Source of the DNA: Chitinivibrionales bacterium
GTDB lineage: Bacteria > Fibrobacterota > Chitinivibrionia > Chitinivibrionales > WJKA01
NCBI GenBank assembly: GCA_038247415.1
Contig: JBBRUX010000056.1
Span: 1 to 23,590, forward strand
Length of the DNA stretch: 23,590 nucleotides
Direction: 5' to 3'
Part shown: in pieces, positions 17,645-23,590 of the stretch
How the letters are laid out: every line of letters starts with the position of its first letter
How positions within the stretch are numbered: the stretch's first letter is position 1
Notes under the pieces: model-generated
The model's database searches: none
The model's input: only the letters and a program-made list of their open reading frames with translations
Told to the model about the DNA's origin: nothing
Position numbers and translations under genes: made by a program

Positions 17645-19879
17645 TTATGCCTCTTCCTTGGTACGAGAAACTTCTCCACCGGTAGCCCATTTTTCAATAA
17701 GCGACAGAAGGTCGTCCTTATTAATAGGCTTGCTTATGTAATCATCCATACCAGCTTCAAGACACTTTTCTCTGTCTCCTCGCATTGCATTTGCGGTCAT
17801 CGCAATAATAGGTATATGAGATGATCCTTCTTTTTTAGCTTCTTCTTCCCGAATAGCACGCGTTGCATCGTAGCCGCTTACGATAGGCATTTGACAATCC
17901 ATAAGAATGATATCGTATGGAAAACGGATTTGCGCATTAATTGCCTCAAGTCCATTTTGCACAATATCGCAGGACATTCCGGCTTTTTTGAGATTGAGCA
18001 TGACCACTTTTTGATTAACCGGATTATCTTCAGCAACAAGGATTCTAACCTTTGTTCTATTCATTTGTTCATTGATAAGATGCTTGGTAATGAGCGGCTG
18101 CCCAGACTCAATGTCTGCCGATTCTTTCTTTTGTGGCTCTATAGCTGCAACGAGCGCAACACATTCGGCCAGATGAGCCAACTTGACAGGCTTGCATAAA
18201 TAAGCAAGTATTCCGATCTCTTTCATGCGAGCAGCATCACCACGATCCCCGATAGATGTGACCATCATGAGACGTGTTACAGAAAGCTTGGGATCTACCT
18301 TAATAAGCCGTGCCACCTGCAAGCCACTCATGACAGGCATCTGAGCGTCAAGTACCGCAATATCGAAGCTCTGGCCAGCGGCCACGCTTTTGCGCATAAT
18401 ATCAAGTGCTACCGGTCCATTTTCCGCTTCTGTCACAATACAACCCCAATTAACAAGATAATGAGACAACACTCGCCGATTGGTTGCATTATCATCTACA
18501 ATAAGCGTACGCATTCCCTTTGGGTTTTTAGAAGGAAGCAACGGCGGCCGTACCATCTCCGCTTTATCATACACTGCTGTAAACCAGAATGTGGAACCAA
18601 TTCCGATATCGCTTATCACACCAATTTCCCCACCCATGAGCTCCACAAGCTTTTTACAAATAGTAAGCCCTAATCCGGTACCTCCATATTTTCTTGCATT
18701 GGAGGCATCGACTTGAGAAAAAGGCTGAAATAATTTCTGGATATCTTCTTGAGAAATTCCAATGCCTGTATCTCGTATCGAAAAGCGGATCATTGCCTTG
18801 TTTTCCGATTCGTTTACCAATTCAACTCTAAGCTCCACCTCACCTTTTTCTGTAAATTTGACAGAATTGCCTATAAGATTAATAAGCACCTGCCGCAATC
18901 TGCCGGGATCCCCCACAAGCCCATCGGGTACCGAAGCATTCACAAGATTTGCAATCTCAATAAGCTTGTCGTGCGCTTTATAGGCTACAATTTCAACTGC
19001 ACTTTCTGCCGTTGTGCGCAAATCAAAGTTGATATGTTCAAGTGATAATTTTTCTGCCTCAATTTTAGAAAAATCAAGAATGTCATTGATAATAGACAAC
19101 AGTGCTTCGGCCGAAACCTGAATCGATTCAGTAAATTCGCGTTGTTCTTGAGAAAGCTGCGTATCCATAAGGAGCGTATTCATGCCAAGAATTCCCGCCA
19201 TAGGGGTTCTTATTTCATGACTCATAGTAGCAACAAACGCGCTCTTTGCTAAATTTGCCGCCTGAACGCGCTCTACAGATTCCTCGAGCTCAATACGGTT
19301 TTCTTCTCCCTTTGCTATAGTGTCAAGCAATACTTGTTCATTGCGCGTGCGAGCATTTTCGTAAAAAATAGCAATGATGGAAATGATAAGTAAAGAACCT
19401 AAATAGCGAAGCTTGAATTCGACCGAGTAGGTATTGATAATGTCACCACAACAGGGCGGAAAAAGAGCAATACCAACCAATACATAAAAGAGCACAACCA
19501 GAAGAATTCCTGCCCGACGTCCTAAAAGGATAAGGGCTCCTGCGGGAAAAGCGAAACCCCATAAGTAGCCAGTGTTTGCATCTCCTCCAGAAAGGATCAT
19601 ATACAAAAAGAAGACCATGAGCATGATCAAAAAATTTGCAGTACAGATTACTCGAAGTCGTGGAAAGCGCAATAAAATTGAATTAGCAATAATTAAAGTA
19701 CATAAAACAATATCAATAGTCCCAATGGTTGCGTTTCCTGAAAATGTCTCTTTGATCCCAAAAGCGCAGGTGAAAATCCCCGAAAGAATATGCATGATAA
19801 CCAAAAGAAGTATCCGTATCGAAGCAGTCTTTTCACTTTCGTGCAAGGGGACAGGAAGGAATCGATCAATCAGATTCAT
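17645..19879 (-). CDS. Membrane-bound hybrid histidine kinase with two receiver domains
   Basis: About six hydrophobic segments in the first ~175 aa, His[10 protein letters not shown], HATPase ([23 protein letters not shown]), REC1 (IVDDN, LDAQMP, KP) and REC2 (AEDN, MDCQMP, KP). Confidence 0.95.
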   Translation of the reverse strand: MNLIDRFLPVPLHESEKTASIRILLLVIMHILSGIFTCAFGIKETFSGNATIGTIDIVLCTLIIANSILLRFPRLRVICTANFLIMLMVFFLYMILSGGDANTGYLWGFAFPAGALILLGRRAGILLVVLFYVLVGIALFPPCCGDIINTYSVEFKLRYLGSLLIISIIAIFYENARTRNEQVLLDTIAKGEENRIELEESVERVQAANLAKSAFVATMSHEIRTPMAGILGMNTLLMDTQLSQEQREFTESIQVSAEALLSIINDILDFSKIEAEKLSLEHINFDLRTTAESAVEIVAYKAHDKLIEIANLVNASVPDGLVGDPGRLRQVLINLIGNSVKFTEKGEVELRVELVNESENKAMIRFSIRDTGIGISQEDIQKLFQPFSQVDASNARKYGGTGLGLTICKKLVELMGGEIGVISDIGIGSTFWFTAVYDKAEMVRPPLLPSKNPKGMRTLIVDDNATNRRVLSHYLVNWGCIVTEAENGPVALDIMRKSVAAGQSFDIAVLDAQMPVMSGLQVARLIKVDPKLSVTRLMMVTSIGDRGDAARMKEIGILAYLCKPVKLAHLAECVALVAAIEPQKKESADIESGQPLITKHLINEQMNRTKVRILVAEDNPVNQKVVMLNLKKAGMSCDIVQNGLEAINAQIRFPYDIILMDCQMPIVSGYDATRAIREEEAKKEGSSHIPIIAMTANAMRGDREKCLEAGMDDYISKPINKDDLLSLIEKWATGGEVSRTKEEA

Positions 19880-20250
19880 ATCCCCATCCCAAGACTTTCC
19901 ATAATTTTGGAAATGAGATCTTCTTGTGTAAACGGTTTCATAACATAGTTCTTTGCCCCATTTGCAATAGCATTAATTACCTTATGTCGTTCTATTTCGG
20001 TTGTTACCATAGTAACGGGAATATCCTTAAACCGAGGATCCGCTTTTGCAGCTTTCAGAAATGAGATGCCATCCATGACCGGCATATTCCAATCCAGGAG
20101 AATAAGATCTATCTTGCCATTCTCACGTACGAGAACCTCCAAAGCTTCTTCTCCGTGAGTGGCACCCAAAAAATCAAATCCCATTACGTCAACCGCATTG
20201 CGAATGAGATCACGGATTGTTTTGGAATCATCGACACTCAGTATACGCAT
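19876..20250 (-). CDS. cheY: Single-domain response regulator, CheY-like
   Basis: 124 aa; VDDS, LLDWNMP, MVTTE and YVMKPF; follows cheR. Confidence 0.8.
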   Translation of the reverse strand: MRILSVDDSKTIRDLIRNAVDVMGFDFLGATHGEEALEVLVRENGKIDLILLDWNMPVMDGISFLKAAKADPRFKDIPVTMVTTEIERHKVINAIANGAKNYVMKPFTQEDLISKIMESLGMGI

Positions 20251-20265
20251 TATCGGGGCCCTTCT

Positions 20266-21111
20266 CTATTTAACCTGGTAATAGAGTCCTGCGCTATGGC
20301 GCAGCATGGTATATTCGTTGGTATAATTAATCAGCGATTCAGATGCCCCTAAAAAGAAATATCCTTTTGGCTTGAGCAGATCATTAATTCTATGGAGTAC
20401 ATCTTTCTTGAATACATCCGAAAAGTAAATAAGGACATTCCGGCAAAATACGACATCAAATTTTCCCAGGGAAGCAAAGGATTCTTGCAGATTATATTTC
20501 TTAAAGGTCACTTGTTTTTTGACATCATCGGATAGTACCCAAACCTTACCATCTTGCTTAAAGTATCTATTTCTCATTTCCTCACCAAGGCCACGGCCTA
20601 TTACCAAATTATCATACCGTCCAGCTTGGGCAATGTAAAGCACGGTTGGGGAAATATCGGTAGCCAAAATTTCCACCATACTGGGTTTAACAGGGCCCCC
20701 TAAACGAGCATGCTCCATGACACTCATACTAATAGAATAGGGCTCCTGACCAGTTGAACTTGCAGCAGACCATATGCGCAGCTTACTAAGTTTACCGGCG
20801 CGAAACTCTTCTGCAAACGCAGGCAGCACTACGGTTTGGAATATATGATACGGCCCCGTATCCCTAAACCAAAGCGTTTCATTGGTTGTCATTGCGTCTA
20901 TTATTTTATCGCGGAGCTTTTTGGTGGTGTCTGCAAGCGACTTTACATAAAAATCACGAAAATTAGTGCAACCATTTTCCACCATAAGCGTAGTAAGCCG
21001 GGTTTCAACCAAATACATTTTTTCTTCGGTGACCCGTATGCCACAGCTTTGCTCGATGTAATCTGACATAAGCTTAAATTCAACTTTGTCGATTTTTACG
21101 GGTACACTCAT
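20266..21111 (-). CDS. cheR: Protein-glutamate O-methyltransferase CheR
   Basis: TTNETLWFRD, RIWSAASSTGQEPYSI, ATDIS, FDVVFCRNVLIYF and LGASES. Confidence 0.95.
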   Translation of the reverse strand: MSVPVKIDKVEFKLMSDYIEQSCGIRVTEEKMYLVETRLTTLMVENGCTNFRDFYVKSLADTTKKLRDKIIDAMTTNETLWFRDTGPYHIFQTVVLPAFAEEFRAGKLSKLRIWSAASSTGQEPYSISMSVMEHARLGGPVKPSMVEILATDISPTVLYIAQAGRYDNLVIGRGLGEEMRNRYFKQDGKVWVLSDDVKKQVTFKKYNLQESFASLGKFDVVFCRNVLIYFSDVFKKDVLHRINDLLKPKGYFFLGASESLINYTNEYTMLRHSAGLYYQVK

Positions 21112-21689
21112 AACACAGATTCTTTCCTAAATGATGCTATAATTTTTTGTATCCAGGCAAGACGCTCCGCGCCGTCTCCTTGTTGACCAACAATCGTCTC
21201 GATTTCGTCAATAGTCGTTTGCGTTCTGTTTAATTTTATTTCCATCTGTTCGAGCACTACGGCAACGCTCGATTCGATGGTTTGTTTTGCAATGCGGTAA
21301 TCTTCTGCTTCGGAGGTTCTGCGCAAGAGCTCCCGAATTGTAGTTATCTTCTCTATAAGCATGCCTGAGTTTATTGGCTTTGTTAGATAATCACGTGCAC
21401 CAAGCTTGATAGCTGCTACAGCAGAATCGATTGACCCTTGCCCTGTCACAACAATCACTTCAACCAGATTATTCATTTCTTTGGCAGCTTTTAATACTCC
21501 AATGCCATCCATACCTGGCATGACAAGATCGGTAATAATGAGGTGCGGAAAATCTACTGCTGCGCGAGCAAGGCCTTCTTCCCCGCTCTGTGCTATAAAA
21601 ATTTCATCATCAGGCTGCTTATGTTTTGCAAGCACTGTCTCATAAAGCTTGATCATGGTGACATCATCGTCAACGCACAGAATTCGCAT
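21108..21689 (-). CDS. Response regulator: NtrC-like receiver plus a ~70-aa helical tail with no recognisable output domain
   Basis: CVDDD, ITDLVMP and VTGQGSIDSAVAAIKLGARDYLTKP; the C-terminus looks coiled-coil-like. Confidence 0.88.
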   Translation of the reverse strand: MRILCVDDDVTMIKLYETVLAKHKQPDDEIFIAQSGEEGLARAAVDFPHLIITDLVMPGMDGIGVLKAAKEMNNLVEVIVVTGQGSIDSAVAAIKLGARDYLTKPINSGMLIEKITTIRELLRRTSEAEDYRIAKQTIESSVAVVLEQMEIKLNRTQTTIDEIETIVGQQGDGAERLAWIQKIIASFRKESVL

Positions 21690-21778
21690 ACAGGATCCTT
21701 TGATAAAGACGCAACGTTTTAAAAAGCATTATTGGGGAGATGGTTTATAGGCTGCTGCCCAAAAACTACCTCAGAGAT

Positions 21779-22873
21779 CTATTTACATTTCAACAAACGA
21801 GAAATCTCTCCAGCAATATCGAGTAGCGGCATAGATTTGTCTGATAATCCCGCTTCGTCAACAGCTCGGGGCATTCCATACACCACACACGTAGCCTCGC
21901 TTTGCGTAATGCTAAAGCATCCTTTTCGCTTCATGGTGCGAACTCCAAGCATACCATCATTACCCATACCGGAAAGTATCACCGAGAGTATCCCTTTGGA
22001 CCCATACACCGAGGCCACCGAACGAAACAATACATCCACTGAAGGACGACATGAATTTTCCGGCGGATTGTCATTAAGGCCAGCCATAATTGTCCCAGCA
22101 GTTTCTCTCAAAATCATGTGCTTACCACCCGGGGCAATGTAAACGTTACCCTTCTCGATGCGATCACCCTCTGCTGCTTCGACAACCCTCAGTTGCGATT
22201 TTTTATCCAAACTATCAGCAAGCGATTTTGTAAACATGGGAGGCATGTGTTGCACAAGAACCACGGGTACGGGGAGAAGCTGTGGGAGCATGGGAATAAA
22301 TTTCCCCAAAGCCTCCGGTCCCCCCGTTGAAACGCCAATAGCCAGAATTGCAAAATTTGAAGGAGGAGGCAGGGTTGGTCCGGTTTGAGCATTAGTAGCT
22401 AACGTTGACGCGGTACCAAGTGGTCGTACTGGCGTAAGCGCTTGTCGGACCATTGTTTTAATTGACGAAAGACGAATTGAAACAAGCCGAACAACAGGCC
22501 GTAAATCGGTGCGTAATTGTTCGATGTTATGCTCGAAATTATTCCCCTCGGGCTTACGGATAAAGTCGACCGCGCCCATTTGAAGAGCTTTAATGGTCGT
22601 ATCGGCACCACGTGTTGTTTCGCCCGAAACCATAACAACCAGGGTTTTTGGAAACAGTTTGGTGATATTTTCAAGCGTTTCAACCCCATCCATATCGGGC
22701 ATATGAACATCGCACAAAACCAGATCGGCAGGTGTCAGCGCAAGCTTCTTGAGTGCCAAAACACCAGAAGGAGCGCTTCCAATCAGCTCTAATTCTGGGA
22801 AACCTGCAACAACATCGGATAATATTTTCCGATAGGTTACCGTGTCATCAATAATAAAAGTCTTAATTCCCAT
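21779..22873 (-). CDS. cheB: Protein-glutamate methylesterase CheB (REC plus esterase)
   Basis: REC (IIDD, CDVHMP, KP) and esterase catalytic motifs GVSTGGP, VQHMP and GMGNDG, plus RPSVDVLF and VVYGMP. Confidence 0.96.
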   Translation of the reverse strand: MGIKTFIIDDTVTYRKILSDVVAGFPELELIGSAPSGVLALKKLALTPADLVLCDVHMPDMDGVETLENITKLFPKTLVVMVSGETTRGADTTIKALQMGAVDFIRKPEGNNFEHNIEQLRTDLRPVVRLVSIRLSSIKTMVRQALTPVRPLGTASTLATNAQTGPTLPPPSNFAILAIGVSTGGPEALGKFIPMLPQLLPVPVVLVQHMPPMFTKSLADSLDKKSQLRVVEAAEGDRIEKGNVYIAPGGKHMILRETAGTIMAGLNDNPPENSCRPSVDVLFRSVASVYGSKGILSVILSGMGNDGMLGVRTMKRKGCFSITQSEATCVVYGMPRAVDEAGLSDKSMPLLDIAGEISRLLKCK

Positions 22874-22916
22874 ACTCTGCTTTCCACTGCAAAGGAACAA
22901 TTCCGATTAAATAAGA

Positions 22917-22946
22917 ATTGTACCATTACCCGCAAAAAGAAAGCAA
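22917..22946 (-). promoter_or_regulatory. Putative sigma-70 promoter (extended -10) for the cheB cluster
   Basis: Minus strand TTGCTT-N18-TACAAT with TGn directly before the -10. Confidence 0.55.
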
Positions 22947-23002
22947 TAGACTCATTTTAAATCAATTGAGATAACGAGAAAAACAAGCAGGAAGAATTTA
23001 TT

Positions 23003-23036
23003 GGAAGGAAGCGGGAAGAGCCAGTGTCCTTCCCGC
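23003..23036 (-). terminator. Probable terminator hairpin after acp
   Basis: GCGGGAAG/CTTCCCGC 8-bp stem followed by TTCCTTCC (weak U tract). Confidence 0.55.
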
Positions 23037-23055
23037 ATAAACGTAGCAATCGATT

Positions 23056-23301
23056 TTAGCTATTCACGAGACTATCAACAAAATCGATAGCAGAAGCGAC
23101 ATTTTGAATTTCGCTTGCCTGTTCCATAGGCATTTCAACTTCAAATTCTTCCTCAAGCGCACATACCAACTGAACGCTCTGCTGTGAATCGGCACCAAGA
23201 TCAAAAATGAAATTTGTTTCGGGAGTAAGCGTTGCGGCATCTGCTCTCAGAACATTGGCGATAACTGTTTTAACGCGGGATTCGATTTCGGACTTTTCCA
23301 T
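23056..23301 (-). CDS. Acyl carrier protein (atypical attachment motif)
   Basis: 81-aa acidic protein with DLGADS...LEEEF; AAAGGG SD supports ATG 23301. Confidence 0.9.
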   Translation of the reverse strand: MEKSEIESRVKTVIANVLRADAATLTPETNFIFDLGADSQQSVQLVCALEEEFEVEMPMEQASEIQNVASAIDFVDSLVNS

Positions 23302-23368
23302 AAGCCACCCTTTCATACTATTGTAGAGAAGATAAGACTCCAGAACACCTGTTCGGTTGATTTTTGAT

Positions 23369-23577
23369 CTTGGGAAAATAGATAGTGGTACAGGGATCGG
23401 GGGTTTAAAAGATTTAAAAAAAAGATTAAGCGGGAAAGGGCTGGGGGCTCATTATTTCTAGCTTGGAAAAATAAAAACTGACACTGATTATGATGGAAAG
23501 GGCCAGGTGGCCCTTTATATCCAACTTGGAAAATGCTTTCCTTGAGAGCCCAACCCCCTACCCCCACACTTGGGGGT
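23369..23577. other. Hairpin- and repeat-rich non-coding tail of unknown nature
   Basis: Several inverted repeats, three CTTGG(G)AAAA copies and many homopolymer runs; no credible ORF. Confidence 0.35.
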
Positions 23578-23590
23578 TTGCAAAACATAA

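Noticed and set aside
19260..19345. EE pairs in the kinase coiled coil as CheR methylation sites
   Set aside because: They lack the flanking small residues of the MCP methylation consensus.
23313..23588. 91-aa minus-strand ORF upstream of acp
   Set aside because: No recognisable motif, composition driven by homopolymers, and it sits at the window edge.

Overview
Mostly core chromosome of a flagellated bacterium. The short RpoD-like sigma factor and overall gene set suggest the FCB group, possibly Fibrobacterota; this is inference only. Gene order: AlgJ/AlgX-like O-acetyltransferase; a 37-codon CxxC ORF on the minus strand that the ORF track misses; der-gpsA-nfo; a frameshifted DsbA/thioredoxin-fold gene; tRNA-Leu-tig-clpP-clpX (minus); rng-rplU-rpmA (minus); a Gfo/Idh/MocA oxidoreductase; a stand-alone short flagellin with a sigma-28 promoter and CsrA-type leader; glgC; the sigma factor; a GT4 glycosyltransferase; a minus-strand signalling cluster (cheB, REC-helical protein, cheR, cheY, membrane hybrid kinase with two receivers, Hpt) with no cheA, cheW or chemoreceptor; an atypical ACP; and a hairpin- and repeat-rich tail. 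No mobile element, CRISPR array or rRNA was seen. The best candidates for novelty are the CheA/CheW/MCP-less CheB-CheR phosphorelay cluster, the small CxxC ORF, the split DsbA-like gene and the structured element upstream of acp.
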